NCBI GenBank assembly: GCA_042217695.1 | Contig: JBDGSE010000030.1 | Location: forward strand, 1 to 46,598 | Direction: 5' to 3' | DNA: 46,598 nucleotides | From: Candidatus Nanohaloarchaea archaeon | GTDB taxonomy: Archaea > Nanohalarchaeota > Nanosalinia > Nanosalinales > Nanosalinaceae | Shown: in pieces, positions 35,584 to 44,881 of the stretch | How the letters are laid out: each line of letters opens with the position of its first letter | How positions within the stretch are numbered: the first letter of the stretch is position 1 | Notes under the pieces: generated by a model | The model's database searches: none | Seen by the model: the letters and a program-made list of their open reading frames with translations, nothing else | What the model was told of the DNA's origin: nothing | Translations under genes and position numbers: made by a program

Positions 35584-37374
35584 ATGGACCTGCGCGAAAA
35601 GGTAAGAAAAGTGGAATGGAGGGAACTGGTCCTTGACAGGTATTTCCTGGCGCTGGCCGCTTTAACGGTTTTCAGCGCAGTCATAAGGTTCAAGTACGCT
35701 TTTTTCCAGGGTATGTGGGTCGACGAGGGCCGTTACTCCCGGATAGGTATAGAGGTAGCGAGCCACCTCCTGGACTACTCTGTTGTCTGGCTCGGGGATA
35801 TAACGGCTTACCCGCCGCTTTACCCCTACCTGATATCCATCTCCTCCCTGATTTTCGGAAAGACCGAGTTCGCGGTGCGGATAGTCACCCCTCTGATCAG
35901 CACACTGGGCGTCCCCGTGACCTACCTGCTGGGCCGTGAGATGAAGAACAGGAAGGTGGGGCTGGCTGCGGCCGCCCTGCTGTCGGTGAACTTCCTCTAC
36001 TGGTTCCTCAGCACCCGTATACTTGTCGGAGCCACTCTGACCGTTATCTACACCGCGGCCGTTTTCGCCCTCTACTACGGAATGGAGGATAAAAAATACT
36101 CGCGGTACGCCCTGTGGGCCCTGGGCCCGATAACAGCGCTTGCAGTCCTGACGAAGCAGCCGGCCTACACCCTGGGGTTGCTGGTGCCGGGCTACTTCCT
36201 CTACCGGAAGAGGGACGAGATCATGGAGCTTGTCCGGGAACGCGACCTCCGTTCCAGCAGGTTCTACAGGGACACGCTGACAGACAGGGATTACTACATA
36301 GGCGCAGGTCTGGGCGTTATCACGCTCGCGCCCTGGCTCGTCAGGAACCTGACCACATGCGGCTCCATACTCTGTGGCACGAGCAGGGCGATACATTTCG
36401 CAGTGGCGAAAAGCCAGCCTGCATGGGAGAGCACCGGAGGCCCGTTCTACTACTTTTTCAACATGCCTGCCATCATAACCCCCTACGCCGCGGCCCTGCT
36501 CGCAGGAGTCGTTGCATACTACGCCTTCAGAGCCTGGAACTCCAGCCCCGACCTGGTGGTGAAGAAGACCGTGGCAGCCCTGGCGGTGAACGCCCTCGCA
36601 TACTTCACACTCCCACGACTCATACCAGGGCTCCTCCTTGCCTCGGTTATGCTCTACGCCCCCAACAGGGAGGAGAAACTGCTCTGGGGCTGGATCGCGC
36701 TTGGGATAGGGATAATGTCGATACCCGACATCAAGGTCAACCGCTACATAGTGTTCACGATACCGGCCCTGCTGACCGTGCTATCCATCAACTTTTACCG
36801 TTTGAGCGGTACGCTGGCCTCCTTCAAGGGCTTCAGCGACTACGACAGGGAGAAGACGGTGGCGGCGCTCATGGTGGTGCTCGTGGCGCCTGTACTGGCT
36901 CTATCGTTCGCGCAGGGCGTATCACAGCTCGGGCATCACAGCTTCAAGAAGATAGAACCGGCGGGCGAGTGGATCGATGCTCACGTGCCGGAAGACCAGA
37001 ACATTGCGGCCTCATCACCGGCAGCGAGCCGTTTCTATGTCTACCCGCGGATGGCCTACAGGCTGCCGGAGAACCAGTCCGACTTCAAACAGTTCATACT
37101 TGAAAACGACATACACTACGTGGAGATAGACGTCTACGAGAGAGCGCAGCCCTACTGGGCGCAGACCGGTTTGCCGCCCTACCGGCTCCCGGTCAAGACC
37201 GTGCAGGCACTGAGGCAGGGCCAGATATCTCCGCAGAAAGTGGTCAAAAGCTACGGGAGGATACCTGACTATCTGATTCCCGTGAAGTCGTTCGGCAGGA
37301 CCACGGTGCCGCTGACAGACTCCAAACAGCCCAAACTCATAATCTACCGGGTGAACAGGTCATCTCTGAGATAG
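35584..37374 (+). CDS. ArnT/PMT-like (GT-C) membrane glycosyltransferase
   Basis: WVDE, YPPLY, FG..EFAVR, LTK, RY motifs. Confidence 0.9.
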   Translation: MDLREKVRKVEWRELVLDRYFLALAALTVFSAVIRFKYAFFQGMWVDEGRYSRIGIEVASHLLDYSVVWLGDITAYPPLYPYLISISSLIFGKTEFAVRIVTPLISTLGVPVTYLLGREMKNRKVGLAAAALLSVNFLYWFLSTRILVGATLTVIYTAAVFALYYGMEDKKYSRYALWALGPITALAVLTKQPAYTLGLLVPGYFLYRKRDEIMELVRERDLRSSRFYRDTLTDRDYYIGAGLGVITLAPWLVRNLTTCGSILCGTSRAIHFAVAKSQPAWESTGGPFYYFFNMPAIITPYAAALLAGVVAYYAFRAWNSSPDLVVKKTVAALAVNALAYFTLPRLIPGLLLASVMLYAPNREEKLLWGWIALGIGIMSIPDIKVNRYIVFTIPALLTVLSINFYRLSGTLASFKGFSDYDREKTVAALMVVLVAPVLALSFAQGVSQLGHHSFKKIEPAGEWIDAHVPEDQNIAASSPAASRFYVYPRMAYRLPENQSDFKQFILENDIHYVEIDVYERAQPYWAQTGLPPYRLPVKTVQALRQGQISPQKVVKSYGRIPDYLIPVKSFGRTTVPLTDSKQPKLIIYRVNRSSLR

Positions 37375-38261
37375 CGGTCGTGATACCTGTACTGAACGAG
37401 GAGGAGGCCGTCGAAGAGGTGGTCCAGGGATTCCCGGAGGAGTACCGGGGCCGGGAACTGGACATCTTTGTCATAGATGGCGGATCCACCGACAGCACTG
37501 TAGAGAAGGCCGAGGATGCAGGAGCCACAGTCCTGGAGCAGAGACTTTCCGGCGGAAAAGGTAACGGTGTCAAGGAGGCGCTTGCGGAGGTTGAGGCCGA
37601 TATCTACGTTATGATAGACGGCGACGGCACGTACGACCCGGGAGAGGTCGGCAGGCTCCTCGACCCGTTGATAGACGGTGAGGCGGAACATGTCGTGGGG
37701 CGCCGCGTGGAGAGAGATCCTGGCTCGATACCCCGGCTGAATAGAGTCGGTAACTCGCTGTTCAACTGGGTGACAAGGCTCTCCACCGGGAAGGAGATAC
37801 ACGACATGCTGTCCGGTTACAGGGCTTTTACCCGCTACTCGCTGGATTTCACGGATTTGACCAGGCCTGGTTTCGGTATAGAGACGGAGATGACCTTCAG
37901 CGCAGTGGAGAACCACGTCCCGATCAGAGAGGTCGAGATAAGCTACAGGGAACGCGAGGGCGAAAGCAAGCTACATCCTCTGAGCGATGGCTGGAGGATA
38001 ATAAACACGATAATCTGGAGTATCCGGGATATGAACCCCCTGAAGTTTTTCTCCACCGCCTCCATAGTATTCTTTCTTCTCGCCGTCTATCCCCTCTATC
38101 TCACCGCGCACCAGTACCTGATCTACGGCCGTATACAGGATACTGCGCCCGGGCTCCTGGCAGGGGTGCTCGTGATAATAGGTATCCAGCTCATGATACT
38201 GGGGATGCTCTCCGACCAGGTGAAAAGTCTTGAGAAACGTCTGAAGGAACAGGAACGATGA
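37362..38261 (+). CDS. GT2 glycosyltransferase (dolichol-P glycosyltransferase-like); start probably ATC at 37362, otherwise GTG at 37380
   Basis: AVVIPVLNE, DGGSTD, GKG, DGD, DMLSGYRAF, FGIETE; two C-terminal TMs. Confidence 0.9.
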   Translation: MSEIAVVIPVLNEEEAVEEVVQGFPEEYRGRELDIFVIDGGSTDSTVEKAEDAGATVLEQRLSGGKGNGVKEALAEVEADIYVMIDGDGTYDPGEVGRLLDPLIDGEAEHVVGRRVERDPGSIPRLNRVGNSLFNWVTRLSTGKEIHDMLSGYRAFTRYSLDFTDLTRPGFGIETEMTFSAVENHVPIREVEISYREREGESKLHPLSDGWRIINTIIWSIRDMNPLKFFSTASIVFFLLAVYPLYLTAHQYLIYGRIQDTAPGLLAGVLVIIGIQLMILGMLSDQVKSLEKRLKEQER

Positions 38262-39199
38262 GAGGACGTGCCTGGAACCTGCTCAGGGCGGTGGTCGCCG
38301 TCTCCCTGTTCGCCGCAATACTTTACCTGGGGGACATGGAGAAGATACTCTCTGAGCTCCGGTCAGTGAGACCCGGGCTCTACCTCTCCGCTGCAGCCCT
38401 GTTCCTTCTGACCTACATCCCCTCCGGCCTGAGATGGCAGAAGCTCTCCGGTTCACTGGGCTACGAGATGGGGCTGCGAGAGTCCATGAAGCTGATGGCG
38501 ATGGCATACAGCTTCAACAAGTTGCTGCCCGGCAACGCCGGCGATCTCACGCGTTCAAAGATCGCGGAACGCTACACCCCGGTCGAGAAGCACGCGGAAA
38601 TCCTGGGCGTGGTGGCGCTCGAGAGAGTGCTGGACCTGGTGACAGTCCTGACCATAATACTGGTTACCGCGACACTGATCGGGGCCCGTTACCTGGAGTT
38701 CCTTGCCTGGCTGCTTGTCCCTGCGTTCGCGGTGGTGCTGCTGTTCGTCCTGACCATACGTTTCCGGAGCGAGTTACTGCTCGACTACGTATCGTTCATA
38801 CCTGGAAGGGTCGAATCCTTCCTTATGGATGTCTTAAACGGTTACCGGGCGGTGGGCCGGGACGAGCTGTTGATATCCGCTGGCTACTCCGGGATGAAAT
38901 GGGGGCTGGAGGTCCTGGTGTTCTATCTGCTGGCGCAGTCGATAGGTGCGCCGGCGGGGCTGCTCCTGGCAGGTCTTGTGACCTCCACGATGAGCCTGGT
39001 GGCGGCAGCGCCCATCACACCTGCGGGCCTGGGACCTGTAGACGCCATAGCCACCTCTCTACTGGCAATATCTGGAATGAGTGTCTCGATGAGCGTCTCG
39101 CTGGTGCTGCTGCAGAGAAGTATAGGTTTCGTCCTGATGGGAGCTTTAGGCACCTTCGTGTACTTTTTCGAGAACGCCTACTCCCGTTCCTCTTCGTAG
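38258..39199 (+). CDS. Lysylphosphatidylglycerol-synthase TM/flippase-like protein
   Basis: RW, N.LLP..GD..R, ERVLD, P.TPAGLG motifs. Confidence 0.88.
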   Translation: MRGRAWNLLRAVVAVSLFAAILYLGDMEKILSELRSVRPGLYLSAAALFLLTYIPSGLRWQKLSGSLGYEMGLRESMKLMAMAYSFNKLLPGNAGDLTRSKIAERYTPVEKHAEILGVVALERVLDLVTVLTIILVTATLIGARYLEFLAWLLVPAFAVVLLFVLTIRFRSELLLDYVSFIPGRVESFLMDVLNGYRAVGRDELLISAGYSGMKWGLEVLVFYLLAQSIGAPAGLLLAGLVTSTMSLVAAAPITPAGLGPVDAIATSLLAISGMSVSMSVSLVLLQRSIGFVLMGALGTFVYFFENAYSRSSS

Positions 39200-39543
39200 G
39201 GATCCTCTACACGTTCGATGTCCTCCGGTCTGTAGGGGAAGGATATCTCGAGGACCTCCGCCACTTCTGTATCTATGTTCTGCAGCTGGTGTTTCTCTCC
39301 CGGCCTTATAACGAGCGCCTCTCCTTTCTCTAGGTCCTTCATCCCGTCCTCCGTTCTCAAAACAACGTTCCCTTCCTCGAGGTAGATTATGTCAGACTGT
39401 TCCTCGTGCAGGGCGTAAGAAGTCATCTCTTCGGCGTTGATAACGAGCCTTCTTATGCCGAGCATGCCTGTCCTGTCGCCGATATCCATCTGGGTCATCA
39501 GGACCTGGGCCTCGTAGCCCCACGGTTTATCTATGCGCCCCAT
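39178..39543 (-). CDS. Cupin (type II mannose-6-phosphate isomerase-like)
   Basis: KPWG, H...S, PGEKHQLQN, LEIS, DIERVEDPY. Confidence 0.85.
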   Translation of the reverse strand: MGRIDKPWGYEAQVLMTQMDIGDRTGMLGIRRLVINAEEMTSYALHEEQSDIIYLEEGNVVLRTEDGMKDLEKGEALVIRPGEKHQLQNIDTEVAEVLEISFPYRPEDIERVEDPYEEERE

Positions 39544-39568
39544 AGATTCGACAGGTCGTTAAATCTTC

Positions 39569-40507
39569 TTATACGTGTTCTTTGTAGTAGTCGTAGGTCG
39601 CCTTTAAACCTTCCTCGAAGCTGTACTCAGGTTCGTAACCAAGCTTCTCTCTTGCCCGGGAGTAGTCGGCGAGCGTGGTCATAACCGGGTTGTCTCTCGG
39701 ATGCTCGATATGTTCTGGCTCGATGTCTTTTCCTGTTACGTCCTTCAGCTTCTCAACAAGATCGTTGAACGAGACATCACGTCCCGTCCCGATGTTGAAG
39801 TACTCGCCGTTCAGTTCCTCTTTTCTCTTTGCGGCGAGCAGGTTCGCGCGGGCGATGTCCTTCACGTAGGTGAAGTCCCTGCTCTGGGTTCCGTCGCCCC
39901 ATATAACCGGTTTTTCGCCATCCATCAGCTTCCACATGAACTGGGTCAGGACGTTGGCGTACTTTCCTTTCGCCTTTTCGTGGGGTCCGTAGACGGAAAA
40001 GTAGCGGAGACCGGTGAAATGGATATCGGTCTGCTGGGAGTATACCTTTGCGTAGAGCTCCCGTGACATCTTCGAGGCGGTGTAGAGGTTGGTCGGGTAT
40101 TCCCCCATGTCCTCTCTGTGTGGAGGCTCCACGCTGCCGTACATCGAGCTCGTCGAGGCGTAGACAATTTTCTCGACGTCGGCCTCCTTTGCGGCCTCTA
40201 TAGTGTTGACGAAGCCCTCTACGTTTACCCTGGCGCCCTCCTGGGGGTCATCCTTGTGCATCGGGCTGGAGGAACGCGCGGCCTGGTGGAAGACTGTGTC
40301 GCATCCTTCAACTGCTGTCTCCACTTTTTCATCGTCGAGCACAGAGCCTTCAACAAATTTCACGTCGCCACGTACGTCTTCGAGGTTGTCCTCGCTTCCA
40401 AGGTACAGGTCGTCAAGTACAACGACCTCCACTCCCTCTTTCACAAGTTCCTCAACTATGTTTGAGCCGATGAATCCTGCTCCGCCGGTTACAAGCGCCT
40501 TCTTCAT
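39569..40507 (-). CDS. NAD-dependent nucleotide-sugar epimerase/dehydratase
   Basis: TGGAGFIGS, YTASK, RYFSVYGP, GDGTQSRDFTYV. Confidence 0.95.
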   Translation of the reverse strand: MKKALVTGGAGFIGSNIVEELVKEGVEVVVLDDLYLGSEDNLEDVRGDVKFVEGSVLDDEKVETAVEGCDTVFHQAARSSSPMHKDDPQEGARVNVEGFVNTIEAAKEADVEKIVYASTSSMYGSVEPPHREDMGEYPTNLYTASKMSRELYAKVYSQQTDIHFTGLRYFSVYGPHEKAKGKYANVLTQFMWKLMDGEKPVIWGDGTQSRDFTYVKDIARANLLAAKRKEELNGEYFNIGTGRDVSFNDLVEKLKDVTGKDIEPEHIEHPRDNPVMTTLADYSRAREKLGYEPEYSFEEGLKATYDYYKEHV

Positions 40508-40532
40508 AATATCAAAACTCTGGTGAACGTTT

Positions 40533-41228
40533 TTATTCTAACGCCTCCGGATAGGTCCGTAGATCTATATCTCCCCCCATATCTTCCGGGTAGACGGGTT
40601 CTCCTTTAAGGTCGTATTTTGCCACCTCGTCATCGCCGTAACGGGTTATCACGTGGTCAGGGTTTCTCTCCTGTTCCTCGACCCTGTGAGGTACTCCCGG
40701 CGGCACATGTACCGGATCTCCGTCCTCCAGGCCCAGGTAACGGATGTCTCCGCGCCAGTCCCATGAATCTGTCCGGGTCTCCGTGAAATCGTAGTCCTCT
40801 CCGGCCACCGCCAGGACGCCCTCGCCTCCGACAAAGGTGTAGACCTCCCAGGAGTTGTGGACGTGGGGAGTTTCGTGTTCAAGGCCGTAGTCCTCGTCCC
40901 ACTTGAACTCAAACCGGGGAACGCCGGAGAACCGTCCAACGTAGAAGCTGGCGTCGTTCCTGTCCCCCGGACCCAGCGTGTGGCTGCCCATCACCTCGGG
41001 CACGTCATCCACGATATCCGGGTGGAACAGAAGATACTTTCCACGTACCTCGTCGATCGCTCCGACGTGGAACACCTTGTCGTCAAAGCTCTCTACAGAA
41101 CCATTCTTTATCTCGGTGCCGGGAGACAGTGACACGACCCCCACATCCTCTCTTCCACCTTCAAGTATCTCGTTCACCGGCTGCCATTCGTCAGCCTCTC
41201 CCGCGACCACCTGTTTGCCAGAGTACAT
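40533..41228 (-). CDS. Cupin-domain protein
   Basis: PHVH..WE and PGVPH metal-binding motifs. Confidence 0.75.
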   Translation of the reverse strand: MYSGKQVVAGEADEWQPVNEILEGGREDVGVVSLSPGTEIKNGSVESFDDKVFHVGAIDEVRGKYLLFHPDIVDDVPEVMGSHTLGPGDRNDASFYVGRFSGVPRFEFKWDEDYGLEHETPHVHNSWEVYTFVGGEGVLAVAGEDYDFTETRTDSWDWRGDIRYLGLEDGDPVHVPPGVPHRVEEQERNPDHVITRYGDDEVAKYDLKGEPVYPEDMGGDIDLRTYPEALE

Positions 41229-41268
41229 GTATTACGATGTATTACAACAGTGGTTTATAAAACCTGGC

Positions 41269-42018
41269 TCACTCGGAGATATCGACCCACTGGCCGCCGT
41301 AGATGTAACCGGAGAGCTGGCTGTCGCGGGCCAGCCGTTCAAACGAACGCTCCAGGCTGTCGTGCTCAAGGTGAGAGAATATCTCCGGGTCAAAGATGTA
41401 CGTCCCGGCGTTTATCAGCCTGGAGGGCTCCTCACCTGGCTCGGGTTTCTCCTCGAACCCCAGGATGCGTCTGCCTTTCAGCCGGGCAACACCGTAGTTC
41501 GACGGCTCCTCCACAGTGGTAAGCGCCATGGTGGCCACAGTGTTCTCGTCGTGGTGGACCTCGCTCATGTCCTGCAGGTCCACATCAGTTATAACGTGGC
41601 CGTTCACCGCAACAAAACTCCTGTCGATACGGCCCTCGACCTTTTTCAGCGCGGCAGCGGTTCCGCGGGGCTCGTCCTCGGAGACGTATTCCAGCGCCAC
41701 GCCTTCGTGGGTGGAGCCGAACTCGGACTCTATCTCGGACCGGTTCTGCCCCACGAGAAGTATCGCCCGGGAAACTCCCTGTCCCGAGAGATGTGAGAGC
41801 ACATGAGAGAGCACCGGCTCGCCCTCGTACTCCTGCAGAGTTCTTGTATCGTTGTCTCCACAGAATACAACCGCGGTGTCAAGTCCCCGGCCCCTGAAAT
41901 AGCTCCTGACCGTCTCCTCAACCATCTGGGATCTGTTCACGTTTTCCCTCTCAGCCTCGGAGTCTATACGGTCCACGAGATCTTCATCGAGAGTAAGTGA
42001 GACCCTTTTCTTGGACAT
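41269..42018 (-). CDS. CopG/RHH-nucleotidyltransferase fusion
   Basis: KRVSLTLDEDLVDRID...NRSQMVEE followed by NTP-transferase motifs RGTAAAL, EEKP, INAGTY; start at MSKKR. Confidence 0.88.
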   Translation of the reverse strand: MSKKRVSLTLDEDLVDRIDSEAERENVNRSQMVEETVRSYFRGRGLDTAVVFCGDNDTRTLQEYEGEPVLSHVLSHLSGQGVSRAILLVGQNRSEIESEFGSTHEGVALEYVSEDEPRGTAAALKKVEGRIDRSFVAVNGHVITDVDLQDMSEVHHDENTVATMALTTVEEPSNYGVARLKGRRILGFEEKPEPGEEPSRLINAGTYIFDPEIFSHLEHDSLERSFERLARDSQLSGYIYGGQWVDISE

Positions 42019-42070
42019 GTAAACAATTAGAGACTCGATATTTTTAATTGAACCCTCATAAACACGGTAC

Positions 42071-42952
42071 ATGAGGATAGCAGTAACTGGTGGCGCAGGT
42101 TTCATCGGCTCCCGCCTGACAGAAAGCCTCCTGGACGAACACGAGGTAGTTATAATAGACAACCTGTCCTCGGGGAGAAGGGAAAACGTTCCGGGCCGCG
42201 CCGAACTGGTTGAAACGGACATCAAGAAGGGTCTCCACCTGGAAGATGTCGACGCGGTTTTCCACCTTGCAGCAAACCCAAAGGTGAACACGTTCCCCGA
42301 CGATCGGGAAACGGATTTTGATGAAAACCTTGTCGGCACCAAGAAGGTGCTTGAAGCGGCCGTTGAAGCCGATATCGAGAGCCTGGTGTTCGCGTCCTCC
42401 TCGGTGGTCTACGGTGAAAACGCCGAGATCCCCACGCCAGAGTCACACGAAAAAGAACCGATCTCGATGTACGGCGCCACAAAGGTGGGCGGGGAACAGA
42501 TGTGCCGGGTCTACGCCCACACCTTTGACTTCGAGCTCTCGATAGTCCGACTGGCGAACATAGTCGGTGAGAGAAACAGGAAAGGCGTGATATACGACTT
42601 CGTGAACAAGCTGAAGGAGGACCCGGAAGAGCTCGAGATACTTGGGAACGGGAAGCAGAGGAAATCATACCTGCATGTGGACGACACTGTAGAGGGCATA
42701 CTCGCTGCGTGGAAGAACCCTGGAGTCTACAACATCGGCAACGAGGACTCCACCTCGGTGGACGAGATAGCAGACATCGTCTCCGAGGAGATGGGTCTTT
42801 CCCCGGAATACAGCTACACCGGCGGGGAAAAGGGATGGACCGGTGACGTGCCCGAGATGCGGCTGGAGATAGAGAAGCTGAAAAACACGGGATGGACACC
42901 CTCGATAGGTTCAAACGAGGCCGTGAGAAAGACCGTGAGAGAGCTACTCTAG
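42071..42952 (+). CDS. NAD-dependent epimerase (GalE-like)
   Basis: TGGAGFIGS, SSSVVYG, YGATK, GNGKQRKSY. Confidence 0.95.
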   Translation: MRIAVTGGAGFIGSRLTESLLDEHEVVIIDNLSSGRRENVPGRAELVETDIKKGLHLEDVDAVFHLAANPKVNTFPDDRETDFDENLVGTKKVLEAAVEADIESLVFASSSVVYGENAEIPTPESHEKEPISMYGATKVGGEQMCRVYAHTFDFELSIVRLANIVGERNRKGVIYDFVNKLKEDPEELEILGNGKQRKSYLHVDDTVEGILAAWKNPGVYNIGNEDSTSVDEIADIVSEEMGLSPEYSYTGGEKGWTGDVPEMRLEIEKLKNTGWTPSIGSNEAVRKTVRELL

Positions 42953-43728
42953 ACCTGGAGAGACATCAGGTCTTCCGCCTCCACGACTTTTCCAGAGAAC
43001 GTTTTCGATGCCTTCGAAACGATATCGTAACCGTCCGTCTCCGGGTACAGGTGGGAGAGCAGCAACGTGTCGACCTCTCCCCGGGAGGCAACCTTTGCGG
43101 ACTCGGTCGGGGTCATATGGCCCTCAGCCTTCAGTTCATCCGGCTTTGAACAGTCCGTCACCAGCAGGTCCGCGTCTTCCGCGAACTCGCCCAGTTCTTC
43201 AAAGTAGTCCGTGTCCCCTGTAAAAACTATGGTCCTATCCGGACCCTCTATCCTTAGTGACAGGCATTTGAAACCCTCCGGCCCGTGTTCGGCCTCTAAA
43301 GTTTTCATAACAGTGTTATCGGAAAGTTCTATCCTGCCTCCCATCTCCACTATCTCAAAGCCGAATCCGAACTTCTCCTCGATATCGCCGGGCATGTCCA
43401 CCATCTCGTGTTTCATCCTGTCCTCCAGGTACTGGATGTGCCCCTCCGGCCCGTAGAGCGTTATCGCGGGCTCCTCCTGAGCAAAAGACCGGACGACCTT
43501 GTCCTGCACAACCGGAACCAGGTCGGAGATGTGGTCAGGGTGTCGATGCGTGTTTATCACCGCGTCGATATCGTCGACAGTTAGACCCAGTTCGGGCAGG
43601 TTCCTGGTTACCCCTGTCCCGGTGTCAACCAGAAAGTTTTTTCCATCCACCTGGAGCAGGTATCCCGAGGGCGTCCTGTCCTGCTGGTCCACCATGCAGG
43701 AACCAGAGCCGAGTACGTGTAGCTTCAT
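42949..43728 (-). CDS. MBL-fold hydrolase (RNase Z-like)
   Basis: LGSG, THRHPDH, TGDT, HMTP, LSHLYP. Confidence 0.92.
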   Translation of the reverse strand: MKLHVLGSGSCMVDQQDRTPSGYLLQVDGKNFLVDTGTGVTRNLPELGLTVDDIDAVINTHRHPDHISDLVPVVQDKVVRSFAQEEPAITLYGPEGHIQYLEDRMKHEMVDMPGDIEEKFGFGFEIVEMGGRIELSDNTVMKTLEAEHGPEGFKCLSLRIEGPDRTIVFTGDTDYFEELGEFAEDADLLVTDCSKPDELKAEGHMTPTESAKVASRGEVDTLLLSHLYPETDGYDIVSKASKTFSGKVVEAEDLMSLQV

Positions 43729-43758
43729 GTATCCGTTTTATTTGCGGGACATTTATCT

Positions 43759-44142
43759 CTACTCTTCTGACTCTTCTTCCTCTTCTGCCTCTTCTTCCAG
43801 ATCTTCCATCCTGTGCAGGAAGTCGTAGAAAACGTAGACCGTGCCCGCCATCACCACTGCGGAGAGTATGAAGGATACCCGCATCAGAACCACGAACATC
43901 GAGCTGGTCTGGACGCTGGCGATGTACCACATGTAGTGACCCATTCCAAGCAGGACCGCCAGCACGACCACCAGATAGGTGAAACGGCTGAGAAACTTCC
44001 GGAAATCGTCCTTTCTCAGGAACACCCTGCTGGCCAGCACCTCCATGTCGCTCCTGTAAACCTCCCTGAGTATGAGGGAGGACAGGGCCAGTATAACTAC
44101 GGACGCCGCGAGAGGTATCAGAAGAGGTACTGGAACGTTCAT
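43759..44142 (-). CDS. Hypothetical membrane protein (3 TM, acidic tail)
   Basis: Hydrophobic segments, TTTATTA upstream. Confidence 0.75.
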   Translation of the reverse strand: MNVPVPLLIPLAASVVILALSSLILREVYRSDMEVLASRVFLRKDDFRKFLSRFTYLVVVLAVLLGMGHYMWYIASVQTSSMFVVLMRVSFILSAVVMAGTVYVFYDFLHRMEDLEEEAEEEEESEE

Positions 44143-44180
44143 GAGTTAGTTAGTAATTGCCTCTAATAAATAATCCGGGG

Positions 44181-44840
44181 TCACATGTACCCCAGTTTCT
44201 TCAGTTTGTCCATGACCTCTTTCTCGTTTCCATCCGGCTCATCCGCATCCCGGAGCCAGGCCGGGTTGCCCTCCCTGAACGCCTCCCAGTACTCGGGGGA
44301 TAGAGGCAGGTCCTCGATCCTGGCATCTCCAGACAGGTCTTCAGGGCTCTCAGGAAGTTCATCGACCTCGAGACCTGTCACATCAGGTATCATGTGAATC
44401 CATGTGGCCTTCCATGCATCCTCGCCGTGGAACTGGAGGACCGGATGTGCCTTCACCGGATCGTCTCCGGAGTAAAAACCTGTGTCCTGCGTTCCCCAGC
44501 TGGCGCCATCGATAACCGCGTCGAACTCTTCGGGTTCCGTGTCCTCCAGGACATCGAACCCCCATTCGTCCGCAACACCCTGGACGTGCTCCTGTATCGC
44601 CCTGTCCTCTGTTCCCGGGAAAAGGACATCGGGTTTCTCGAAACCGTTCTCCTCGCATACCCTGCGGACCAGCCACAGGGCGAGAGTGGAGTCTCTGCCG
44701 CCGGCGAACACCACGCCGGTGCGGGAAGGATTTTCCTCCAGCAGGCGTTTCACGACTTCTTCCCCGGCCCTTATCTTGGCTTTTATCGGCGCGTTCTCTA
44801 TCTCGTCTCGTGTTACTGGTGGTTCAGGCATCGGCATCAC
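44181..44840 (-). CDS. Degenerate PAPS reductase-family protein
   Basis: FAGGRDSTL PP-loop variant, HPVLQF...W, haloarchaeal-type C-terminus MDKLKKLGYM. Confidence 0.75.
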   Translation of the reverse strand: MMPMPEPPVTRDEIENAPIKAKIRAGEEVVKRLLEENPSRTGVVFAGGRDSTLALWLVRRVCEENGFEKPDVLFPGTEDRAIQEHVQGVADEWGFDVLEDTEPEEFDAVIDGASWGTQDTGFYSGDDPVKAHPVLQFHGEDAWKATWIHMIPDVTGLEVDELPESPEDLSGDARIEDLPLSPEYWEAFREGNPAWLRDADEPDGNEKEVMDKLKKLGYM

Positions 44841-44881
44841 GTTACAGTATTCGGTTCATCCGGTATATGGTTTTGGATTCC

